Shown in pieces: positions 42,228 through 52,700 of a DNA stretch of 64,000 nt. The stretch is from Thermoplasmatota archaeon (lineage in GTDB: Archaea > Thermoplasmatota > JAKEGO01). The position numbers and the translations under genes are program-made. The notes beneath the pieces were generated by a model, which ran no database searches, was not told the origin of the DNA, and saw only the letters and a list, made by a program, of their open reading frames with translations. How positions within the stretch are numbered: position 1 is the stretch's first letter; each line of letters starts with the position of its first letter. Where the stretch lies: contig JANQNK010000003.1 in NCBI GenBank assembly GCA_028279595.1, positions 1 through 64,000 on the forward strand, in the 5' to 3' direction.

Positions 42228-43491
42228 TTCTCCGATTGACAGTCAATTCATCCATTTCTTCTGGGATCAGGCCTCTCATCCAAGTCATCATTGCCGCGAT
42301 TATTGGTAGGAAGAGAAGTACGTTGGTGATTACGAGTATTTGGGTCGCCCCCAGGTCCAGAAGGCCGAAGGGGAGCAGCAGGATTGCCGCGATGGGTAAT
42401 ACCTTCCTGCCCACAGCCAACGGTCGTTCGAATTCTCTAGCTATCTGCAGGGTCTTGACCAAAAGAGCGATCGATACAAGAACAATGGAAAGGGATACGA
42501 TTATCGACCAACGCACCCCATCGGGAAGATGGTCTCCCTCGTGTTCTATCATGTAAAGGATCGAGGCTCCGATGACGGTTATCCCTGCGGTCATTGGGAG
42601 ATGGAGGTAGAACCATCTCATCGTGTTTGACATCCCCGGGCGGGGCAGTCGACTAGAGACCGTGTCGAAGTATGTCCACCAGATACCGACCGCCAAAAGG
42701 GTACCAAGCATCACCTTGGTGCCGAGCTCCCACGTGATATCATGGTGATCTGCAGCTCCGCTGACAACGCTGAACACTATCTCTCCGAGGACGATGATGG
42801 TTAGGAGACCAAACCTTTCACTCAGTGAAGGGCTGACACTTGAACCGATCTCGAGCTGTTTCCGGGCTTCAGGATTCCTCCGACCGATCGCAATGAGCAT
42901 GGTCGGAAGTATGAGGGAAAGGACGAAAGCGAGAGCCCAGAGATAGAACCGGGCCGGTGGTGCAATGAAGATCGAACCCGCGAACAGGACGGTATTGAGT
43001 AGGAATACCGCTGAATACGGACCCGACAATGGACGGTGATCCGGGTCATGTACTCCCGTCCTCCACCAGAGGAACGTCAGGATGAGCTGGAAACCGGCGT
43101 AGGAAAGGGCGAATCCCCGCGACGTATCACCCATGGCATCGTGCGCGAAGATCGCCATCATCACGACAGTTGCCATCTGGAGGAAGGTGAAGACCCTCGT
43201 CCGGATGTCGTCGTTACCATGTACATCGTGGTACAGGGATCCGTTCAACCACGCCCACCAGACTAAGACGAACAGGAAGGAGAACTCACCGATGCCTACC
43301 CAGGTTATGTGGTGAACCAGCGCATGGGAGAGTTGAGCGATGAGTGCCACGTAGACGAGGTCGTAGAACAGTTCGAGGAACGTCACTGTTCGATGCTCGG
43401 GACGATCCCCTGCCCTTCTTGGTGGTTGCCACCAATGATGTAAGGTCCTAGGACGGGTCCTCATACGCCGATGTCCCCCCTGTCGATCCAT
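42202..43491 (-). CDS. ltrA: Low temperature requirement protein A (LtrA) family membrane protein
   Basis: VTFLELFYDLVYV, VWWAW, ERFGLLTIIVLGE. Confidence 0.88.
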   Translation of the reverse strand: MDRQGGHRRMRTRPRTLHHWWQPPRRAGDRPEHRTVTFLELFYDLVYVALIAQLSHALVHHITWVGIGEFSFLFVLVWWAWLNGSLYHDVHGNDDIRTRVFTFLQMATVVMMAIFAHDAMGDTSRGFALSYAGFQLILTFLWWRTGVHDPDHRPLSGPYSAVFLLNTVLFAGSIFIAPPARFYLWALAFVLSLILPTMLIAIGRRNPEARKQLEIGSSVSPSLSERFGLLTIIVLGEIVFSVVSGAADHHDITWELGTKVMLGTLLAVGIWWTYFDTVSSRLPRPGMSNTMRWFYLHLPMTAGITVIGASILYMIEHEGDHLPDGVRWSIIVSLSIVLVSIALLVKTLQIAREFERPLAVGRKVLPIAAILLLPFGLLDLGATQILVITNVLLFLPIIAAMMTWMRGLIPEEMDELTVNRRNESGDENG

Positions 43492-44058
43492 TCACTTCCG
43501 GATCATATCCCATCCGGTCGGAAAGAGATCCTCTATGACCTTCGGGTCCTTGATCTTCCTGGATGTGAGATAGAGTATCGTGGCATACATGTGAGAGGTC
43601 GTTGCCTCCATCAGGTAGTCGATGGGCAGGTCCTTTATCAGACCCTCCTCGATCGATCTTTGATACAGGTCTCCCAGTAACTCCATTTCATCGGCGATCT
43701 CGGATTGCGTGAGCTTGGTGATGTAAGGTGAGGACTTGTACATCACGATGAACTTCATCTTGTCAGGATTCCTGATCCCCCAGTTGATGCCCAGGTCCCA
43801 GAACGTTCTGACGACCTCCTCGGTCAGTAGGGTATCGTCCGACAACGGCGGGAAGATTCCCATGAACTCCTTCTTGGTCTCAAGATAGAGCTCGTTGATG
43901 AGCGCTTCCTTGCTGTCGAAGTAGTTGAACAGCGTCCCTGTCCCCACCCCGGCATTCTTGCTTATGTTGGCCGTGGACGTGTTGTCGAAGCCCTTGGTCG
44001 TGAAGAGCTTCAATGCGCTCCTCATGATCGCTTCCCTTTTGTCCTTTGGCTTACTCAT
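43492..44058 (-). CDS. TetR/AcrR family transcriptional regulator
   Basis: HTH AGVGTGTLFNYF. Start placed at MSKPKDK after an AGGAGG SD, by alignment with the paralogue. Confidence 0.93.
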   Translation of the reverse strand: MSKPKDKREAIMRSALKLFTTKGFDNTSTANISKNAGVGTGTLFNYFDSKEALINELYLETKKEFMGIFPPLSDDTLLTEEVVRTFWDLGINWGIRNPDKMKFIVMYKSSPYITKLTQSEIADEMELLGDLYQRSIEEGLIKDLPIDYLMEATTSHMYATILYLTSRKIKDPKVIEDLFPTGWDMIRK

Positions 44059-44116
44059 CGCTACCGTATCCTCCTGAACCATTTATTACTTGCTCCATAC
44101 TCGAACATCCTGAGCT

Positions 44117-44941
44117 TCACCTGAAGGCCCGCCGGATCATCCGGTCGTATCCTCGGTCGCCAAAGAGCCTTCTCATCCAGATCATCGTCCTTGCCATCTG
44201 GCCCTTGACATATCTGGTCTTTGGTTTCCTCACGGTCGCAGCCTTAGCGATCGTCTCTCCAAGAACCTCCGGATCGGTACCCATCGTTTGCATCCTCGGG
44301 CTGTCCATTAACTTGAGGTATGGATCAATCTGACCTTTGTATGCATTTCCATTATCGTACTTTTTCAACTGTTCTCCGACGACAGCACCAAAGTTCGTCC
44401 TTATCGCTCCCGGCTCGATGACCACTACGTCGATACCGAACTCCTTGACCTCGATCCGCAGGCAGTCAGAGAATCCCTCGATCGCGTGCTTGGTGGCATG
44501 GTACCACGCGCCAAGCGGCGTATAGATCTTGCCTCCCATCGAGGATATATTCACTATCCTTCCGGACTTCTGCCTCCTCATGTGGGGAAGCACCATCTGG
44601 GTCAGCTCGACGAGGCCGAAGTAGTTCACATCGAACTGGTATCTACCATCCTCCATGGGAACGAGTTCCACGGGACCGTAGAGGCCGAAGCCGGCGTTGT
44701 TTATCAGTATGTCGATTCGACGGTCCTTTTCAAGGATCATATCCACCGCTCGCCTGTTGTCTTCGGTCTTTGAAACGTCCATGCCTATTGGTACGATCCC
44801 GAATCTCTTCAGGTCCTCCATCTTGTCGACGCTTCTCGCTCCTGCGTAAACCTTGTGTCCCTGTTTCGCGAGGATTTTGGCAGCTTCCTTCCCCATTCCG
44901 GAGGAGGCTCCCGTAATCAACACAATCTTCTTTTCCATCAT
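44117..44941 (-). CDS. SDR family oxidoreductase
   Basis: ITGASSGMG, INNAG, WYHATK, IEPG. Confidence 0.92.
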   Translation of the reverse strand: MMEKKIVLITGASSGMGKEAAKILAKQGHKVYAGARSVDKMEDLKRFGIVPIGMDVSKTEDNRRAVDMILEKDRRIDILINNAGFGLYGPVELVPMEDGRYQFDVNYFGLVELTQMVLPHMRRQKSGRIVNISSMGGKIYTPLGAWYHATKHAIEGFSDCLRIEVKEFGIDVVVIEPGAIRTNFGAVVGEQLKKYDNGNAYKGQIDPYLKLMDSPRMQTMGTDPEVLGETIAKAATVRKPKTRYVKGQMARTMIWMRRLFGDRGYDRMIRRAFR

Positions 44942-44958
44942 TTCCTCAACCTCCTTAT

Positions 44959-45019
44959 TGATTGACTAATCAGTCATGTATGGGCTAGTATATATAGTTA
45001 TTGATTGAATAGTCAGTCA
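44959..45019 (-). promoter_or_regulatory. Paired TetR operators flanking a TATA box
   Basis: TGATTGACTAATCAGTCA (44959-44976) and TGATTGAATAGTCAGTCA (45002-45019), with GTATATATAG between them. Confidence 0.8.
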
Positions 45020-45092
45020 ACAATTTGTATAGGTACTGGCTCCCTATCAACCATAGAAAAATACTTGTAAATTGTCCTGAAATTCGCTTCAC

Positions 45093-46601
45093 TCAAGTAT
45101 GTCGCCGCTTTCTCCGGTCGACTGCGATGAAGAGTGTTATGATCGCCAAGGCCACCGGCAGGATAGGCAGTTCAGGAACCTTCTGAGGTGCGCTGTTCTC
45201 GGTGTAGTTAATCAATGGATATCGATCCTCCGCACCTGCACTTCCATCGATAGAATATTCGGTCTCTCCGATGCCATCTCCGTTGCTGTCCGTTCCGTTA
45301 TAATCTGACCAGTAGTTACCGTGGGTCCCGTTGTCCCAGGTGTTCTTACTGTTGTTGTCGTACCCTTGCGAGGTGCTCTCACCATTGCTGAGGAAGTTGT
45401 TGTGATGGATGACATTATCATAGCTGTCGGCGATGACGCAACCGTAGTCGGTATTGTTGAAGATCTCATTGTAAGAGACGGTGTTGTTGTTCGAGAAATC
45501 ATCCAGATCGATCCCATGGATACCGTTCGAATTAACTGTATTGTTACCAATGTCGTTCCTGTAAGATGAATCAGAATAGATCCCAGTTTCGTTGTTTGAG
45601 CTCACGATGTTATGTAGAAAAATATTGTTCCCGCCCTGATTGATATGGATGCCGTCACCGCTGTTCATGCACACAGTGTTGTTCGAGACGTTGTTTCTGA
45701 ATGCTTCGTAGAAGTATATCCCATACTCACCGTTGGAAATCGCGTTGTTATTACTTATTGAGTTGGGACCAAAAATGTATCTTAAGTATATTCCATATCG
45801 ACCGTTCGAGGTCAAATCGTTATCTTTGATGATATTATTGTCACTTGATCTGCTGTAATTCGTTTTCACACTAAAAGTAGAAATGAGCTTGATACCCAGG
45901 TCAGAATTCGCACTTGCATTATTGTCCTTTATTGTGTTGTATGTCGAGGCATCGAGGTATATACCAAAATAATTTGAACTGACACTATTGTTCTCGATCA
46001 CAGTGGTGTTGCTGTCGCGTTTAAGATAGATTCCAACATTATTGTGGGTAACGACATTGTTGGAAATCGAATTGTTGTTCGAGCCCTTTTGGAAGATACC
46101 CGAATCAGTGTTCGAACCGATCAGATTGTACTCAACGGTATTGAAATTGCTCGAGGAGTTCAGGAAGATGCCATCTCCGCCGTTCCAGCTGATGTTACAA
46201 TTGACGATCGTGCAGTTCTCTACAGAGGTTAGTAGGATGCCAGAATCAAGGTAGGCTGATCCTGATCCAGTAATTTGAAGATGAGATAAATTGACATTAT
46301 CCGCAGTTATGTTGAGCGTGATCCCACTACCAGTCGCATTTACTATGGTGTTCGAGGAACCATTCCCGATCAGTGAAAGACTCTTGTTCACAAGAACGTT
46401 CTCGAGATACGTCCCATTGAACACGTAGATCGTGTCCCCGTCCGATGATGCGTTAATAGCGTCCTGTATCGAAGAATGATCGGCCCAACCACCATCATCA
46501 TCGACGGTAAAGGTCTCTGCTTTGATAGTTGGAAGCGCTTGAAGTGCTATCACGAGGACCATCATCGTGATCAGCAACCTGGCAATGAATTCCGTCGCCA
46601 T
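45093..46601 (-). CDS. Secreted NosD-like beta-helix protein with a PEF-CTERM-like sorting signal
   Basis: Signal peptide, VDDDGGWADHSSIQDA, many N..GI.L..S.NN.I repeats, GNYWSDY. Ends VPELP-TM-RRKRR. Confidence 0.85.
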   Translation of the reverse strand: MATEFIARLLITMMVLVIALQALPTIKAETFTVDDDGGWADHSSIQDAINASSDGDTIYVFNGTYLENVLVNKSLSLIGNGSSNTIVNATGSGITLNITADNVNLSHLQITGSGSAYLDSGILLTSVENCTIVNCNISWNGGDGIFLNSSSNFNTVEYNLIGSNTDSGIFQKGSNNNSISNNVVTHNNVGIYLKRDSNTTVIENNSVSSNYFGIYLDASTYNTIKDNNASANSDLGIKLISTFSVKTNYSRSSDNNIIKDNDLTSNGRYGIYLRYIFGPNSISNNNAISNGEYGIYFYEAFRNNVSNNTVCMNSGDGIHINQGGNNIFLHNIVSSNNETGIYSDSSYRNDIGNNTVNSNGIHGIDLDDFSNNNTVSYNEIFNNTDYGCVIADSYDNVIHHNNFLSNGESTSQGYDNNSKNTWDNGTHGNYWSDYNGTDSNGDGIGETEYSIDGSAGAEDRYPLINYTENSAPQKVPELPILPVALAIITLFIAVDRRKRRHT

Positions 46602-46771
46602 ATGAATCCCGAACCTGGGTATGGATTTCGCTTAGTTAACAATGTCCATTTGGCCATTGAACCAGTCAATTTCACAAATAGCTGTATAATTATCTAAACA
46701 TGGTTATATGACGGAAATCCGGTGATAACCCCACCAAGCATTATAAACGTCAACGAACGATATCGGAGACT

Positions 46772-49700
46772 ATGCGAGCCGTTGCAGTCGACCGCGCGCT
46801 CTGTATATGTATGTGTTTTGGGATCGTTCTCCTATTCCTGGGAACCGTCACAGCGGTTACCCGTATAGTGGACGATGACGGTGGTGGATGGGCCGACTTC
46901 ACGACTGTCCAGGACGCTGTCGACGCGTCCAGCAATGGCGATAGGATCCGTATCTTTACTGGCACATACGTCGAGAACGTCGATGTCGATGTTCCAGTAA
47001 CGATCATCGGGAACGGAACGGGTGCAGTCACCATCGATGGTGACGGGTCCGGCGACTCACTCCTGCTTTCCGCCGACTGGATCAATGTCAGCGGTCTGCG
47101 GACGTCACAGGCGGATGGATACCCGAACGCCGGCATACACATCACGGGTGACAACTGCAACGTGTCCGGCGTATTGACCCGCGACAACTATTTCGGTATA
47201 TTCATCGACGGCGCAACCGATTGCGCCATCCACTCCTGCGAGGTCAGGGACAACTATGGCAGCGGGATCCACCTCCAGGAGAGTCATGGCAACACGATCT
47301 GGGGCAATACCATCGTGGATAACAATCTCGTTACACCCTCGGACGCTGACCTTATCGGCGAATGGTCCATGGACGAAGCCTCATGGACAGGGACCCCCGA
47401 TGAGGTCACTGATACTTCCGGCTCGGACCTGCACGGAACCTCGTCCGGCGGAGTGGACACCTCGGCGACATCGATAGCCGGCCGGTCCGGCCGGTTCGAT
47501 GGCTCCGACGACCTGGTCACTGTGGGCGACGATCCGGCCCTCGACATCACCACGGAGATGACCCTGGAGGCCTGGATGTACGCCGAAGGTGATGTCGCAT
47601 CCGGGGATATCCATTTCCCTTACTTCGAGTTCGACTACTCGAGCTCTGCCTATCCCGACATCCTGCATCTCGATGGTAGACTATATGCCGTTCTCTACAC
47701 GGGTCCAGGGTCGGATGGCTTCGTCAGGACCCTGTGGCTGTCCGACAACGGTGTCATCGAGGTCGCTGACAGCTACGAGTTCGACAACTCCTATGGCGGT
47801 TATCCCTCTGCGGTGAAGGTCACCGATGGGATCATCGCCGTGGCCTATCAGGGGCCCGGGAACGATGGGTTCCTCGCGACCATCGGCTACTCTTCGGACG
47901 GTACGATAACGACCCCCGTCATCAATTCAGTCGAATTCCACACCTCCGACGGCAGAACGCCCGACATCATCCACGTATCGGGCGACGTCTACGCGATCGC
48001 GTTCAGAGGACCCGGTTCCGACGGCTTCATAATCACCTACGAGATCGCCTCGGACGGGACCATAACCACGCCTGCCATCGACCAGTACGAGTACGACACC
48101 TCCAGCGGTGAGTACCCTGACATGGTCCATGTGGCGGGTGACGTCTTCGCGGTGGTCTATCAGGGTGCCAGCGACGACGGATTCGTCAGGACCATCGAGA
48201 TCGCGAGCGACGGGACGATCACAACGCCTTACATCGACTCCTACGAGTTCGATACCACTTATACGGGACTTCCCCGGATCGTCCAAGTGTCGGGAGATAC
48301 GTTCGCGGTCACCCACAGGTCGTCCTCCCTCCAGGGATACCTGAGGACACTGGACATCGCTTCGAACGGGACGATCTCAGGCCAGCTCGACTCCCTCGTG
48401 TTCGACAGCAACATGTGTTACGCTCCAGTGCCCATTCACATGACCGGGGATATCTTCGCGGTCGTCTACAGGGGGCCCGGCGACGATGGTTGGACCGTTA
48501 CCCTAGATATCCCGTCGAACGGGGACCTCTCCGCCGGACTTACCGACAGGTTCGAGTTCGAACCGTCCACCGCCATCTATGGTGAACCGATCCGACTGGC
48601 GGACGGCATGGTCGCGGTCGCGTTCCGCGGTCCTGGTTCCGACGGCTTCATCAGTACGTTCGCAATCGACGGGAGCGGGACCATGTCCGGTCACAGGGCG
48701 GTCCTCGAAGCCTCGAGCGCATACGAATCGAGCGCCGTTCACGTCAGCGGAGAGGTCTACGCGGTAGCATTCCGCGGTGCCTTCTCCACTGGACGTCTGG
48801 TGACTGTGACGATAGCCGACAATGGCACGATGGGAGCCGTGGTCGACACCGTCTTCTTCCAGGACGAATACGCGGTGAATCCGAACCTCATCCACATCTC
48901 CGGTACCACGTACGCCATCGCCCACACCGGACCGGGGAACCTGGGCGACCTGATCACCATCGACATCGCAGCGGACGGGAACATCGGTGCCAGTCCACTG
49001 GACTCATACAGGTTCGACACCTCCTACTGCTACAAGCCGGACCTCCTCCACGTCTCCGGGGACATATACGCCGTCGCCTACGAGGGGCGGAGCAGCGACG
49101 GATACGTCAGGACCCTGGAGATCGCATCCAACGGCACGATCGCACAATCTGCGGTGGACTCCTACGAGTTCCACACCTCGAACGGCAGGGACCCATCGAT
49201 AGCCCATGTCTCCGGAGACGTCTACATCCTTGCGTTCAGGTCGGGCGGCAACGACGGTTTCGTCAGGACCTTCGACATGGCGTCCGACGGGAACATCGGA
49301 GGGACCATCGACACCTACGAGTTCGACACCTCCAACGGTTACGACCCTGACATCATCCACATCGCTGGAGATACATATGCCGTGGCCTACCAGGGATCTG
49401 GATCGGACGGCTTCATTCGGACGATCGAGGTGGAGACCGATGGTGACATCGATACTCCCTACAACGACAGCCTGGAATACGACACATCGGCCGGCAGGAC
49501 GCCGGACATCTTCCGGATCGACGGAGATACCTTCGGGATCGCCTACAGGGGCTCCAGCGACGACGGGTTCGTCCGGACCATGGACATCGCGGTCGATGGG
49601 TCGATCAGTGCGGTCGTAGATACCCTCGAGTTCGACACGAGCGACGGAGGCGAGCCCTGCGTTCTCATGCTTTCCAGCGGGGTCTACGCAGCCTTCTACA

Positions 49701-52700
49701 GGGGCGGCGACATCGACGGCAAGGTAGCCTCGATGGACATATCGGATGCGGGAGCCGTGGGCGGGGTCATCGACACCCTGGCCTTCGAGGCGGACTCCAT
49801 GAGGATGCCCAGGTTCATCCACATTTCCGGTGACGTCTACGCCATTGCCTACACCGGTGCGAACTCGGCCGGATTCGTATCGACGATCACCATGGACAGT
49901 GACGGAAAGGTATCCTCGGGTCCCATCGACAGATTGATGTTCGAGGCTGGGACCTGCTACGAGCCGTCCATTGTTCATGTTTCTGGAGACCATTTCGCAA
50001 TCGCATACCGCGGACCCGACAACGACGGATTCGTGACTACCGTCGAGATATCCACTGATGGTTCCATCCCGGGGATGGACGACGTCCTCGAGTTCACGAC
50101 CGCCGAATGCTACGAGCCATCCATTGTCCACGTGTCCGGCGAATACTTCGCGGTCGCCTTCCGCGGGAACGGCAACGACGGCTTCATCGTGACCCTCGAG
50201 ATCTCATCGACAGGAATGATCCTCAGTACCGTGGACATCCTCGAGTTCGACACCGTCGACGGCTACTGGCCGGACATCGTCCATGTCGCCGGCGACACCT
50301 TCGCCGTAGCCGCACGGGGCCAGGGCGGGGACGGCTTCGTCACCACGGTCGGTATCGCCACCGATGGGACCATCAGCGGCGTCATCGATGCCCTCGAGTT
50401 CGATACATCGGAGTGCAATTACCCCGATCTGTTCCACGTCACAGCGAACCTCTTTGCGGTTGCATACCGGGGGTCGGGGAACGACGGTTTCATCCGCTCG
50501 TTCACGATCTATCCGAACGGGACCCTGGGGCCGACATTGGACACCTTCGAGTTCGATACGTCGGAGTGCGCCCACCCCGAGGTCGTACTGATGTCGGGAT
50601 CCCTGTTCGCGATAGCATATCAGGGTTCAGGATCCGATGGTTTCGTGACCACCATCATGATCTCCTCGGATGGCGCCATCAGCGACCCATATCTCGACAG
50701 GTTCGAGTTCGACGTGTCAGAGGGAAGGGAACCGTGCATCGTCAGACTGTCATCCTCGAACTTCGCCGTGGCATACCGCGGGTCATACATGGTCGGCTAC
50801 GTGATCTCCGGCGGGCTCATCGACCTTACAGGCATCAAGGGCATCACCAAATCGGAGGCATACGGGATCCATACCGATACCGGACTCGCCTACTGCACAC
50901 TGAACGGAAACACACTGAGCGGACCCGTCGTACCCGGATGGAACCATGTCGCGATGACCTACGACAGGACGGCGCTATCGGACCAGCACAGGCTCTACAT
51001 AAACGGTATCCTGGTCGACACAGCGAACGGGAACGACCCGATCGACACCAACTCCGCCGACCTGAGGATGGGAGACAGTTTCTGGGGATACATCGACGAG
51101 GTTAGGCTGCACGACGCGGCGCTCGACCCGGACGTCCTCAGGGCGGACGTTTCCGCCGGTATCCATCTCTGGCTTTCGGAGAACAATACGATCGCCTTCA
51201 ACGACATCGACGGCAATCGGTTCGGTATCCGCTCCGAGGGGTCGTGGAACGAGGTCGTCAGGAACAACAACATCACCTCCAACACCTACTCGGGAATACT
51301 GTATACCAGGGATTGCGGCGACAACTCGGTCCTGTACAACATCATAGACGGGAATGGTGACGGGATCGTCGTCAACGGAACCGGCAACGTCAATGCGACC
51401 CGTAACTACTGGGGATCGCCGGGCGGCCCCTCGGGGTCCGGTCCAGGATCGGGCGACAGCGTCAGCGGCAATGTGGACTACGGCCCATGGTATGCGACGG
51501 TGACGACCACTCCTTCGCGGGAATTCCACAACCTTTCGAAGGGATCCACGGACATCGCACTCTCCGACTCCATTTCAGGGGTCATGTCCGCTGCGGAAGC
51601 TGGGGACGTCCTCACGATAGGAGCTGGTACGTTCTCCGAGAACATCGTCATCAGCGTATCGATGACGGTGAGGGGCGGGGGATCCACAGTGTCAACGATA
51701 TCCCCGGCAGCAGGCGACACCGTAACGGTATCAGCAGCAAATGTCAGAATAGACAACCTCACCCTCTCCGGGTCCGGAGACACGATTGTCGCCGGAAGCC
51801 AACCGGGGCTCGTCATCAGGGATTCGGTCATCACCTCGACCGGCGGGTTCGCGGTCAATGTCACCGGAGCCCAGGACGTGAATGCCAGCTACAACCACTG
51901 GGGGACCATCTCGCAGTCCGTCATCGAGAGCGGCATTTACGATTCCAATGACAATCCTGTGCTCGGGACCGTATCCATTGCGCCCTGGTACAATGCGGCC
52001 ATGGACACGCTCTTCACTCCGGACGGAGACCCGCCGACGACCTCGATGACCATCGGAGACCCGAACTTCGGGACCGATCCGATCCTCGTCCTGCCGACCA
52101 CCAGGTTCACCCTCACCGCCGACGATGGTGCGGGAAGCGGAGTGAACATCACGGTCTACCATCTTGACGGCGGCGCACCGGTCACATACACGAATCCCTT
52201 CGCTGTCGCAGCCCTCGGCGACCATACGATCGGGTATTACTCGATCGACCTCCTCGGGAACGTCGAGGCCGTCCACACGTTGAACATCACGGTCGACGAC
52301 ACGGTGCCCTCATCGATCTATCCCGATCTTCAACTATCGATCGCCACCACTCCTGAATACGTCACGCTAATAGACAGGAACATAACCGTCATCGCAGGAG
52401 TGTACAACTATGGCAACTTCACACGGACGGGCGACTACACCTACACCGATCCCGAGACCGGGGGCGTCGTCTCGGCGACGACAGACGACATCTTCATCAT
52501 CTTCGAGTACAGCGACGACGGAGCGGTATGGACGGAGTTCGCATACAGACGTATCGATTCCTCTGATGTCAGGCCCGGAGGGACCGGCGTCGGAATGGCG
52601 AACCACATGGTGACCTCAGACGACCGGTTGGAGTTCCGGGCAACGATCTGGTACGAGCCCAATGACGCCACAGGGCAGTACGAACCGACGAACGCGCTCG

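Noticed and set aside
33744-45050. Integrated element running from tRNA-Ser through the TetR block
   Set aside because: The tRNA 3' duplicate is only 153 bp away. I saw no distal att copy and no integrase, and the CNNM and dehydrogenase genes have core-like composition.
47621-50830. DGR or other nucleotide-level diversification of the repeats
   Set aside because: The repeats are diverged at all codon positions, with no near-identical template/variable pair and no reverse transcriptase.
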